The notes under the pieces are model-generated. The model was given only the letters and a program-made list of their open reading frames with translations, did not search any database and had not been told where the DNA came from. Positions 23,537 through 32,233 of a stretch of DNA of 37,895 nt are shown in pieces. Position 1 is the first letter of the stretch. Each line of letters starts with the position of its first letter. Origin of the DNA: an uncultured bacterium (lineage in GTDB: Bacteria; Patescibacteriota; Minisyncoccia; Phycocordibacterales; Phycocordibacteraceae); assembly GCA_963759775.1 (NCBI GenBank), contig CAVXAH010000001.1, forward strand, positions 104,787-142,681, read 5' to 3'. The position numbers and the translations under genes were made by a program.

Positions 23537-23568
23537 AAGATTTTTCCCTTTGATTTTTCGAGGAGTTC

Positions 23569-23820
23569 GTGGTATTATTAAGAGTAATGAAATTGCCCGA
23601 TCTCGACAGGATTCGGAGCGAAAAAACGCTCTCTCTTTCGGACTTCTTGAAGTCTTATAACGAGAATCTGCCCCTCGGCTTTCCCCGCGCCTCCCTCTCA
23701 CTTCTTGAGGAGTTTCGAACCGTACACACTTCCCTCTTTAAAAACAACGGCCCATGGTCACTCGACCAGCACCGAAAGAAAGTGATGGACTGGCTCCCCT
23801 CTCGACTTAAGGTCTCCTAG
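23569..23820 (+). CDS. hypothetical protein (83 aa)
   Basis: The call rests on the ORF alone. The start may be the internal Met at 23587. Confidence 0.35.
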   Translation: MVLLRVMKLPDLDRIRSEKTLSLSDFLKSYNENLPLGFPRASLSLLEEFRTVHTSLFKNNGPWSLDQHRKKVMDWLPSRLKVS

Positions 23821-23932
23821 GTGGTATACTGGGAGTATCAACCAGCGCTGGATCCAAAGGAAGTGGGATCTCGAGCTTCTCTCTTCGGCACCCTGAATTG
23901 ATGTATTACACACAACAATTTACTCTCGAAGT

Positions 23933-24133
23933 ATGCAAGAAGGAACTGTAGCTAAGAAGACGGACAAGGGGTTCGGCTTCATCAAGCGCGATGGCCAGGC
24001 CAAGGATCTTTTCTTCCACTCCAACGAGCTCCAGAACATTTCGTTCGAAGAGCTCATGGAGGGAGACAAGGTTTCTTTTGAGGTCGGAGACAGCCCAAAA
24101 GGCCCAAATGCGGTCAACGTGAACAAGATCTAA
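23933..24133 (+). CDS. csp: cold-shock protein (CspA family)
   Basis: The RNP1-like motif is KGFGFI and the RNP2-like motif is LFFHS. The ORF is 66 aa and has a long 5' leader. Confidence 0.9.
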   Translation: MQEGTVAKKTDKGFGFIKRDGQAKDLFFHSNELQNISFEELMEGDKVSFEVGDSPKGPNAVNVNKI

Positions 24134-24167
24134 CGATCTTAAACAAAAAGCGCCCCTCACGGGGCGC
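24131..24167. terminator. bidirectional hairpin terminator
   Basis: The hairpin is AAACAAAAAGCGCCCC-TCAC-GGGGCGCTTTTTGTTTT. Confidence 0.8.
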
Positions 24168-24190
24168 TTTTTGTTTTGTATACAAGAACT

Positions 24191-24637
24191 CTAGATAGTC
24201 GGCTCTCCTTTCTGCATCCGTTTCGCATCAAGAGAGTACTTGCCTGCGCCCGTGATAAGCAGTGAGACTGCAGCGGCAAAAATGAGCAGAATAAACTCAT
24301 ACCCACCCTCAGCAACCGAGAATCCATTACGTAGGTGCACCGCAAAAAGAGCGACGACACTTACGATTCCCACAAACTTTGCGGCCCAGTGGGTAAAGAG
24401 ACCCACGATAAGAAGAAGTCCTGCGATGAGCTCACCGTAGGCGAGAACATACGCGAAGAATGTGGTTGCCGGAAACCCGAGCACGCCAAGAAAGTCAGCA
24501 ACCCATGGAATGCCTCTCGTAAACACCTTGTCAAAACCATGCCACACAAAAATAACGCCAAGCGCGACACGGAGTACGAGCGGAGCATGCTCCGCCCATT
24601 TCTCACTACAATTGCAGTTCATCAACTTGCTCATCAT
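24191..24637 (-). CDS. DoxX-family membrane protein
   Basis: The sequence LVLRVALGVIFVWHGFDKVF is followed by four hydrophobic helices. Confidence 0.75.
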   Translation of the reverse strand: MMSKLMNCNCSEKWAEHAPLVLRVALGVIFVWHGFDKVFTRGIPWVADFLGVLGFPATTFFAYVLAYGELIAGLLLIVGLFTHWAAKFVGIVSVVALFAVHLRNGFSVAEGGYEFILLIFAAAVSLLITGAGKYSLDAKRMQKGEPTI

Positions 24638-24719
24638 AACGGTAAACGTTAATTATTTATGAATAACTCTCAGGTTAGTGTAGCACCCCATCTGCCCAGG
24701 TAGGTATTATACTTGTGCC

Positions 24720-25790
24720 ATGGAAAACGACTCCCGTTTCTACCTCACTCCTGTCCTTGCGTGGGAAGCGATGCTCTCTGCCTGTGAAGAGGCGCTCACT
24801 TCTATTGATTGCGAGCAGTACATTTTTGAGCCAGATGAAATTGGTGAACGATTCGCAACACTTTTTATAAAAAAGGTTGCTGAGGGTGTTCGCGTTCGTC
24901 TTTTGGTAGATGGCATCGGAAGCTATCGTTTCATTGACTCCCCGCTTCACACACGCCTTACCGAAGAGGGTGTTGAGGTGGTTGTATTTAATCCTCCTCG
25001 TCTCTTTAGAAAACCACAATTCTCATCGCATTTTCTGCGAGATCACCGTAAAATCTTGGTGGTTGATTCGCGGGTCGGATTTACTGGCGGTGTTGGTATT
25101 TCATCTCCCATGAAATCGTGGCGAGACACTCAAGTGCGGTTTGAGGGGGATCTTGCACGCGAGGTGCAAGAATCATTTGAGACTATGTGGGGAATTGGTC
25201 TCCATGGCGGAAGACTCCACTTCCCAAAAAAATCTTCTGGAGAAAACTCATTTCGTATCCTTAATAATTCACCGCGCCTTCGGCACCGCCACATCTACCA
25301 CACACTCCTGCGCGGCATTAAAGCCGCAACAAAATACGTCTATCTTGAGACCGGGTATTTCGTTCCAAGCTTCCGCTTGACCCATGCTCTCCGGAAAGCT
25401 GCAAAACGCGGTGTGGACGTGCGCATTATGCTCTCTTCTGTTTCTGATGTACTCATTACTGACATCGCCGCTCGCTCATACTTTGGCGGACTCCTCAAGG
25501 CAGGGGTGAAAATTTACCGCTATCGGAACAACGTATTTCACGCAAAAACAGCCGTCGTTGACGATATGTGGGCCCTTGCGGGAAGCGCAAACCTTGACAA
25601 CTTGAGCCTCCTTCTCAACTACGAGAGTGCTTTGTATGGAACTGAGTCGTCTTTTGTGCGTGAAGTGAAAGAACAGTTTATACATGACATGACACACGCC
25701 GACCAAGTCATTTTGTCAGAGTGGGCACGCCGGCCGTTCATCGAAAGACTCCAGGAGTTGCTGGTGTGGCCACTTAGAGGCATTCTTTAA
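24720..25790 (+). CDS. cls: phospholipase D / cardiolipin synthase family protein (two HKD motifs, no N-terminal TM helix)
   Basis: The two HKD motifs are HRKILVVDSRVGFTGGVGI and HAKTAVVDDMWALAGSANLD. Confidence 0.8.
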   Translation: MENDSRFYLTPVLAWEAMLSACEEALTSIDCEQYIFEPDEIGERFATLFIKKVAEGVRVRLLVDGIGSYRFIDSPLHTRLTEEGVEVVVFNPPRLFRKPQFSSHFLRDHRKILVVDSRVGFTGGVGISSPMKSWRDTQVRFEGDLAREVQESFETMWGIGLHGGRLHFPKKSSGENSFRILNNSPRLRHRHIYHTLLRGIKAATKYVYLETGYFVPSFRLTHALRKAAKRGVDVRIMLSSVSDVLITDIAARSYFGGLLKAGVKIYRYRNNVFHAKTAVVDDMWALAGSANLDNLSLLLNYESALYGTESSFVREVKEQFIHDMTHADQVILSEWARRPFIERLQELLVWPLRGIL

Positions 25791-25819
25791 CTTCACGGAA
25801 ATTCAATGAAAAATCTCGT

Positions 25820-27035
25820 ATGCTTTCCGTTATGAATAAAACAACTGCTCTTTTTCTGGTGGGGGCAGTTCTGGTGGTAGGAGTTGGGGCGTATGTCGCA
25901 TTTGTTCCTACGATTTCTATACCGAGACCAGCGGACGATACCGATACGGGTACGAACCAAGTGTCTTACCTTCAAGTCCCGGAGGGGTTTGAAGCGACGT
26001 ACTACACCAAAGAGGTTCCTGGCGCGCGCGTGATGGAGTTTGTACCAGACGGAATACTCGTCTCGCAGACTAAAGAAGGAAAAGTATCGCTGGTGACCCG
26101 AAAACCAGGATGGGAGCACGCGCGTGACAGAGGTGCTTTCTGGACTTGATTCTCCACACGGACTTGCGACGAGATGTGACAACGCTGTCTGTGATTTGTA
26201 TGTCGCCACACACAGCGCGCTCACGCGTTATCGCTATGAGAGCGGAAATGTCAGCGCGGAAACAAAACTGCTTAGTCTCGATGCCTCCGCGACCGATAGA
26301 CACAAGACACGAACTCTCCTCTTTCTTCCCTCGCCCGATGACCAAACACTTCTTATGTCCGTCGGCTCTTCGTGCAACGTTTGCCACGACTCCGGACAAC
26401 GAGGGAAAATACTTGCTTACGGTACAAAAACTGGAGAGGTTGAGGAGTATGCGAAAGGACTGCGCAATTCCGTCTTCATGACCCTGAACCCCATAAATGG
26501 AATTGTGTTTGCAACCGAGATGGGCCGAGATGGACTTGGAGACGACATTCCTCCTGATGAGGTAAATGCTTTCACAGGTGAAATTCTCAGTCTTTCGGGT
26601 GGAGCGCCAAATTTTGGCTGGCCTGTCTGTTATGGGAAGAATATTCATGACACCGATTTTGATAAAAATACGTATATCAGAAATCCGTGTATGGAGCCCT
26701 TTGAAATCCCTTCGTGGCTTGATATTCCTGCACACTCAGCACCACTCGGGCTTTCTTTTATTCCGGAAGAAGGTTGGCCAGAGGATATGTGGTTTGATCT
26801 CGTCATCGCGTATCACGGCTCTTGGAATCGGAGCACTCCGACGGGATACAAAATCGTCAAACTGAACATAGACGGGCGAGGCAACCCGTCCATCCCAGAA
26901 GACTTTATTACCGGATGGCTTGCCCTGGACGGCACGAAACACGGCCGCCCCGTTGATGTAAAGGTCCTTCCCGGAGGAACGATATACATTTCAGACGATG
27001 AGGTGGGCGTTATCTATAAAGTATCCCGCAAGTAA
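25820..27035 (+). pseudogene. PQQ-dependent sugar dehydrogenase-like beta-propeller protein, split by a frameshift near 26094-26100
   Basis: The N-terminal part (25820..26149) and the main part (26124..27035) overlap in different frames. Removing one base near 26096 joins ..GKVSLV to PENQDGSTRVTEVLSGLDSPHGLA. Confidence 0.6.
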
Positions 27036-27076
27036 TTTCCCTGGTTCTAGACCCTCGTTCGGGTTAGAATTTCAAG

Positions 27077-28480
27077 ATGATTCCGAATATTTCTCCTTGG
27101 ATCAAACAGTTAAATCGCACCCGACCAGTGGTACCCCTTGGCGCTCACTCTAAGGCCGACGTCGCTATCGTCGGCGGAGGAATTGCTGGCGTCGTAACTG
27201 CCTTCTTTACGCTTCGCGATACAAAAGAGAATGTCGTCCTTCTTGAGGCAGACAAAATAGCGCACGGGGCTACCGGACATAATGCCGGACAAATCACCAG
27301 CTATTTTGAGCGGCCGCTTTCGGATCTTGCGAAGGAGTTCGGACTTCCCCTTGCCATAGATGGTCAGCGTGCGGTTGAGTCTGGCTGGATGTTGCTTGAT
27401 GAAATCATTGCGGAGGCAAAGCTCCAAACACCCATCTATCGCTTCACGGGCTATGCTGGACTTTCTGGTTTGGAACAAATACTCATCCATCTCAAAGACA
27501 ACCAGTGCCGTGTTGAGGGAGGGCTCCCCACCGAAGAGATGTTCATCTCCTCTTCGTGGAAGCATCTTGCGGATATACCACAAGAGTTTAAAGAACTTTA
27601 TCGGGTTGTGCCACACAAAGATTTGCTTAATCTTCTTGAGACAAAAAACAGTGAGTACGTTGCTCTTCTTTCCTACCGAAAAGGATGTATGAATAGCGCA
27701 CTCTTTTCAGAAGAGTTGGTGAGTTATCTTGCCACGACCTATGCTGAGCGTTTTTCTTTTTACGAAGGAAGTAAGGTTGAGACCGTCTCACTTGAGGCGT
27801 CGCACGCGACACTTTCCGTTGGTCCCCATGTCATTACTACAAAACGAGTAGTTCTTTGCACCAATGGATTTGAGAACTTTAAGATTCATCATGTCGGCGG
27901 TGATCGTATTGATACGGATTTCCATCACACCATCGCGGGACGTATTGGCTATATGTCGGCCTACGTTGAACCGCTTAGTAATCCGCCAACCGCAATTAGC
28001 TATTTCACGAAAACTCATGGGGATGCACGCATAGATCCAACCGGAGAGAGTTACTTTTATCTTACCCGTCGTCCACACGAACATGAAAGTGGAAAGACTT
28101 ATAACCTTATTTCCGCAGGTGGTCCTGACAAAGTACTTCCCAATGGCGCCGTTTACGACCCTAAAGATGATTGTTCTGAAGAAATGCGTGCGTCCATTGA
28201 TGAGTTTCTCCGTAGTAACTACCATGGTTATCCAAAAGAAGAAAACGAGTATCCTTTTTGTTGGCATGGATTAATGGGCTATACCCCAACCGGTGTTCGT
28301 CGGGTCGGTCCTGAACCTATAAACCCTGTTCTCCTCTACAACCTCGGGTGTAACGGAGTCGGTATTCTCCCTTCTATTTATGGTGGCAAACGTATTTCGC
28401 AATTTCTTAAGGGCGAGTCTCTTCCTTCCTCACTTTTTGACCCCCATGATCAACGGTGGGAGAACGACACTGCTGCATAG
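27077..28480 (+). CDS. FAD-dependent oxidoreductase (DAO family)
   Basis: The N-terminus has a Rossmann motif, DVAIVGGGIAGV. The ORF is 467 aa. Confidence 0.7.
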   Translation: MIPNISPWIKQLNRTRPVVPLGAHSKADVAIVGGGIAGVVTAFFTLRDTKENVVLLEADKIAHGATGHNAGQITSYFERPLSDLAKEFGLPLAIDGQRAVESGWMLLDEIIAEAKLQTPIYRFTGYAGLSGLEQILIHLKDNQCRVEGGLPTEEMFISSSWKHLADIPQEFKELYRVVPHKDLLNLLETKNSEYVALLSYRKGCMNSALFSEELVSYLATTYAERFSFYEGSKVETVSLEASHATLSVGPHVITTKRVVLCTNGFENFKIHHVGGDRIDTDFHHTIAGRIGYMSAYVEPLSNPPTAISYFTKTHGDARIDPTGESYFYLTRRPHEHESGKTYNLISAGGPDKVLPNGAVYDPKDDCSEEMRASIDEFLRSNYHGYPKEENEYPFCWHGLMGYTPTGVRRVGPEPINPVLLYNLGCNGVGILPSIYGGKRISQFLKGESLPSSLFDPHDQRWENDTAA

Positions 28481-28483
28481 TCT

Positions 28484-29413
28484 ATGTGGTATACCATTGC
28501 CCTCTTCTGCGTCTCTCTCATCGCTGTCGTGCGGGGCGCAACGGTTGCTACCAAATATGCCTCACGAATTGCTGAAGGATTTCGTTTACCAACCTATACC
28601 GTTGGGTTCATTATTGTGGCGCTTATTTCCATTTTGCCAGAAACAATAATTGCCATTAACGCTGCTTTCGCGGGAATACCTGCTTTTGGCCTCGGAGTTT
28701 TACTTGGATCAAATATCGCGGATCTCACCCTTCTTTTCGGTGTCGTGGTTCTCTTGGCGGGACGCGGTCTCAAAGTTGAAGGAGGCATACTCAAATACAA
28801 CAGCGTGTACCCCTTTCTTCTTATCTTGCCGCTTATTTTAGGATTTGACGGACATTTCTCACGCCTTGAGGGTGCGACACTCCTTATCATTGGTGCTCTC
28901 TTTTACTACTCAGCCTTCAAAGATTCTGGAGATGAAACAAGTGCTCCGTCGCAGGCGCGCAACCTCCTCAAGGATGGTTCTCTACTGGTAGCGGGAATAA
29001 CGCTTCTCCTCCTTGGCTCACACTTTACCGTTTCCTCTGCCGTAACACTGGCAACACTTATTGGGATAAGCCCGGTGCTTATCGGTATGCTCATTGTGGG
29101 ACTTGGTACCACAATGCCAGAATTTTTCTTCGCTCTCAAGTCAGTAAAAAATCGTTCGGACGCACTTGCGATTGGAGACGTACTTGGAACCGTGCTTGCG
29201 GACGCAACTATTGTGGTTGGTATTCTTGCTTTGATTTCTCCCTTCTCGTTCCCAGTGAAAATTATTTATCTTACGGGCGGGTTTATGGTGGTTGCCTCCT
29301 TTTTACTCTTCCATTTTATGCAAAGCGGTAAAGTGCTTTCAAAACGTGAGGCATGGATGCTTATTCTCTTTTGGATTCTTTTTATCTTCGTAGAATTTAT
29401 CGCCAACACGTAA
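28484..29413 (+). CDS. Na+/Ca2+ exchanger family (CaCA) membrane protein
   Basis: Two alpha-repeat-like segments are present: LPETIIAINAA...GSNIADLTLLFG and TTMPEFFFAL...GDVLGTVLADATIV. Confidence 0.7.
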   Translation: MWYTIALFCVSLIAVVRGATVATKYASRIAEGFRLPTYTVGFIIVALISILPETIIAINAAFAGIPAFGLGVLLGSNIADLTLLFGVVVLLAGRGLKVEGGILKYNSVYPFLLILPLILGFDGHFSRLEGATLLIIGALFYYSAFKDSGDETSAPSQARNLLKDGSLLVAGITLLLLGSHFTVSSAVTLATLIGISPVLIGMLIVGLGTTMPEFFFALKSVKNRSDALAIGDVLGTVLADATIVVGILALISPFSFPVKIIYLTGGFMVVASFLLFHFMQSGKVLSKREAWMLILFWILFIFVEFIANT

Positions 29414-29420
29414 AATAACT

Positions 29421-30425
29421 TTAAGCTGTGGGTCGGACACGAAGCGAGGAGTAGTACGCCGCGACGACAAACACGAGGCCGATTGTGCCCGTGATAACTT
29501 CCGGCACTTCAAGATAAAGGCCCGCATACATGGAGGCGGCGAGGCCGAAAATCGCCCAGTGCGCACCGTGCTCAAGGTAAACCAGTGTCTCAAGGGTGCG
29601 GCGCTCAACCATATAGACCGTAAGGGCTCGGACAAAATACGCGCCGATACCAAGACCGACCATAATGATGAGGAGCGAGCTGGTGAGCGCAAAAGCACCG
29701 ACGACGCTGTCGAGTGAAAAAGCGGAATCAAGCACGTTTAAATAAAGGAAAAGTGCGAGACTGCGTGTGCCCACGGAAGAAACTTCAAGCGAGAAGGAGT
29801 TTGCTATGCCCTCAACGAGAATGAATATGGCGATGCCGACCACACCCGCAAAAAGAATGGTCGCTTGCACGGCTGGCGGAGCAAGAGTCGCAAGGAGAAG
29901 AAGCAGGAGGAGCGCAACACCAATCTCAATAGCTTCAATACGTCCGAGCCGAACAAGGTTGCGCTCAATCGCTTGTATCCAGTGAACGGTTTTTGCGTCA
30001 TTGAAAAAATACTTGAGAGAAACCATGAGGAGGAATGTGCCGCCAAATGCGTTAATCGCCGCTCGCGAGCCCTCAAGCAAATGTGCGTAGCCTTCTGGGT
30101 TAAATGCCGCGAGCGCTAAAACTGCAACTGGCGAGAGCCAGGCGCTTGCCGAAACAATGAGTATAGGGAGTACCAGGCGCGTGCCAAAAACCGCAATCAA
30201 AATGCCCCAAGTAAGAAAACGCTTCCTCCATACCTCGGACATTCCTTGGAGAACCTTCGCGTTCACCACCGCGTTGTCAAAAGAGAGTGTTACTTCAAGA
30301 ACAGAGAGGAGAAACGCTGTAAGCAGGGCGGCAAATCCCCCGCCCCATACAAAAACAGCCGCGAGCGCGAGCAGTGATACAAGCGTAGGAAGCCAGAAAA
30401 ACCGGAAAAGAGAGTTTTGATGCAT
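29421..30425 (-). CDS. DUF475/TerC-like integral membrane protein
   Basis: It is a multi-pass membrane protein with an LEVTLSFDNAVVNAKVL motif. Confidence 0.6.
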   Translation of the reverse strand: MHQNSLFRFFWLPTLVSLLALAAVFVWGGGFAALLTAFLLSVLEVTLSFDNAVVNAKVLQGMSEVWRKRFLTWGILIAVFGTRLVLPILIVSASAWLSPVAVLALAAFNPEGYAHLLEGSRAAINAFGGTFLLMVSLKYFFNDAKTVHWIQAIERNLVRLGRIEAIEIGVALLLLLLLATLAPPAVQATILFAGVVGIAIFILVEGIANSFSLEVSSVGTRSLALFLYLNVLDSAFSLDSVVGAFALTSSLLIIMVGLGIGAYFVRALTVYMVERRTLETLVYLEHGAHWAIFGLAASMYAGLYLEVPEVITGTIGLVFVVAAYYSSLRVRPTA

Positions 30426-30458
30426 ATGCTATGCTTTTGTATGTAAAAGATAACACGC

Positions 30459-30962
30459 GTGTGTATGACACAAAAATCTATTATTTGGATTGTCGTAGCG
30501 GTCGTTGTGCTCGGACTTCTCGGTTGGTTTGTCTTTGGAAATCCCGCCCCCGCAAATGCACCAACCGAATCAAATACGGAGTCAAATGTGCCGTCCGCCA
30601 CTTCTCCTAAAACATCTGATCAAGCGCCTGCTCCAAAAACCGTAACCGTAACGTATTCGGATTCAGGTTTCTCGCCTGCTTTGATTGAGCTCTCCGCAGG
30701 AGACACGGTGAAGTTTGTGAACGCAAGTTCGCGAAATATGTGGGTCGGTGCTAACCAGCATCCGACGCACGGAGAATATGACGGCTCCACCAGAAGCGCC
30801 CACTGCATAGCAGGTTATGACGGACCAGCTCCTTTTGACGCGTGTGAGCCAGTTCAAAGCGGTAGCTCATGGTCCTTCACCTTCACCAAGAGAGGAACCT
30901 GGGGGTACCACGACCACATAAACGCAAGTGCACACGGCACCGTGGTTGTCTCCGGAACATAG
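30459..30962 (+). CDS. membrane-anchored cupredoxin-like protein
   Basis: An N-terminal TM helix precedes VTYSDSGFSPALIELSAGDTVKFVN..ANQHPTH and a C-terminal HDH...HGTVVV. Confidence 0.5.
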   Translation: MCMTQKSIIWIVVAVVVLGLLGWFVFGNPAPANAPTESNTESNVPSATSPKTSDQAPAPKTVTVTYSDSGFSPALIELSAGDTVKFVNASSRNMWVGANQHPTHGEYDGSTRSAHCIAGYDGPAPFDACEPVQSGSSWSFTFTKRGTWGYHDHINASAHGTVVVSGT

Positions 30963-30966
30963 TCAC

Positions 30967-31083
30967 ATGCGTCCCGTTAGAAATTGCGGACGCAGTCGAG
31001 GCTCTGACGCATGTTTGTTTATTAGCTTTAATCGGATAGGGTTCGGTCGCAAAATCTTTCTTGCGTCCGCGTCCTATTTCTAA
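30967..31083 (+). CDS. element-spanning micro-ORF (38 codons) MRPVRNCGRSRGSDACLFISFNRIGFGRKIFLASASYF
   Basis: The frame is open from ATG 30967 to TAA 31081-31083, 4 nt before the host ATG. 28 of 37 aligned residues match the element A peptide, with several synonymous third-position differences. Confidence 0.4.
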   Translation: MRPVRNCGRSRGSDACLFISFNRIGFGRKIFLASASYF

Positions 31084-31087
31084 CGGG
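30972..31087 (+). mobile_element. MITE-like short element C (116 bp), homologous to element A
   Basis: Termini are T-CCCGTTAGAAAT (30972-30984) and ATTTCTAACGGG (31076-31087). It shares an internal block GATAGGGTTCGGTCGCAA with A. It fills the whole intergenic gap. Confidence 0.7.
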
Positions 31088-31450
31088 ATGACTACTGAAC
31101 AGAAAGCCCACCTCGCGCTTCGCATTGGCGTCGCTTTTGCCTTTCTCTACCCTCCCTTTGCGGCGCTTTCTGACCCATACTCGTGGATTGGCTATTTCCC
31201 GAGCTTCCTCCACGCATTGCCGGTAAGTGAACTCGTGTTGCTCCACGCGTTTGGGGTTCTTGAGGTGGCAATCGCTCTCTGGATTCTCTCGGGACGGAAC
31301 ATCCGCATTCCTGCGGCGATCGCGACTTTCCTTCTGGTAGGGATTGTCCTCTTCAACCTTCCCGAATTCCCCGTCCTCTTCCGCGACCTCGCTATCGCCT
31401 GTATGACTGTCGCTCTCGTCCTCTGGCCAAGAACTGAAAGGACTGCCTAG
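31088..31450 (+). CDS. small hydrophobic membrane protein (120 aa)
   Basis: MTTEQKAHLALRIGVAFAFLYPPF... contains about four hydrophobic segments. The start is the ATG abutting the element. Confidence 0.55.
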   Translation: MTTEQKAHLALRIGVAFAFLYPPFAALSDPYSWIGYFPSFLHALPVSELVLLHAFGVLEVAIALWILSGRNIRIPAAIATFLLVGIVLFNLPEFPVLFRDLAIACMTVALVLWPRTERTA

Positions 31451-31452
31451 AA

Positions 31453-31595
31453 CTCATTTCAAAACTTCAACACGAGCGGGGCGCTGTCTCCGAGGGGGTC
31501 GCGAAGCACGACGGTGCGAGCGTTTCAGCCATTTTTTCAGCAGGAAAAATGGCGTACCCGAGGAGGCAGTGCCTCGTGAGTGGTTTTGAAATGGG
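31453..31595. repeat. nested inverted repeat (candidate structured RNA or compound terminator)
   Basis: The outer arms are CATTTCAAAAC..CACGAG (31455-31476) and CTCGTG..GTTTTGAAATG (31573-31593). The inner hairpin is GCCATTTTT-TCAGCAGG-AAAAATGGC (31528-31553). Confidence 0.4.
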
Positions 31596-31596
31596 T

Positions 31597-32202
31597 CTAA
31601 GTTTTATCTCGGTCGGCGATTTTCCAGAGCACGCGGGCGGCATAGGTGCGATACGGCGACCATGCACCAACGAGTGTTTCAAGTTTCTTTTCGTTTGGAA
31701 ATTTCTTAAATCCATAGAGCGCCACAAGACCTTTCCGAAGCCCTAGGTCTCCGTGTGAAAAGACATCTTCTCGGCCGAGCGAGAACATGAGAATCATTTC
31801 GGCGGTCCAGGGACCAATCCCCTTTACACGCGTAAGGCACTCGCGCACCTCCTCGTCCGTAAGCAAAGGAAGCTTTTTGAGATTAAGCTCACCTGTTTTT
31901 ACTTTTTGTGCGAAGTCGCGTATCGCATTTGATTTCGCTCCCGAAATACCACACGCACGGAGCGCTGTTTTGCGCAGACGAAGTACGTTCTCCGACGTTA
32001 CTTTTTTCTTCGGCATCCGCGCTTCAAGCCTTCCAAAAATAGTGTCCGCCGCTTTCCCCGAGAGCTGTTGTCCTATGATGGTCTGTACGACATCTTTAAA
32101 TACCGTAGGTGAACGTTTCAGATCTTGAATCGTATACAGAAGAGCCGCTCTATGGAGCTGTGGATCCACCTTCTTAAAGTGCTTTTTCGCTTTGTGGTAC
32201 AT
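31597..32202 (-). CDS. DNA-3-methyladenine glycosylase II family (HhH-GPD, AlkA-like)
   Basis: The sequence has IIGQQLSGKAADTIFGRL and the helix-hairpin-helix LTRVKGIGPWTAEMILMF, followed by a catalytic-region HGDLGLRKG. Confidence 0.78.
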   Translation of the reverse strand: MYHKAKKHFKKVDPQLHRAALLYTIQDLKRSPTVFKDVVQTIIGQQLSGKAADTIFGRLEARMPKKKVTSENVLRLRKTALRACGISGAKSNAIRDFAQKVKTGELNLKKLPLLTDEEVRECLTRVKGIGPWTAEMILMFSLGREDVFSHGDLGLRKGLVALYGFKKFPNEKKLETLVGAWSPYRTYAARVLWKIADRDKT

Positions 32203-32233
32203 ACGGACAGTATTGGTATACTACTCCCCACCC

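Noticed and set aside
4313-31087. The recurring 12-nt motif CCCGTTAGARAT might indicate a CRISPR array.
   Set aside because: The copies occur as inverted pairs, not direct repeats. They have irregular spacing and are dispersed over 27 kb, and no cas genes are present.
32192-32233. The VanY-like gene could have a longer N-terminus starting at 32192.
   Set aside because: That start would overlap the divergent AlkA-like gene start. The internal ATG at 32234 gives a normal N-terminal anchor.
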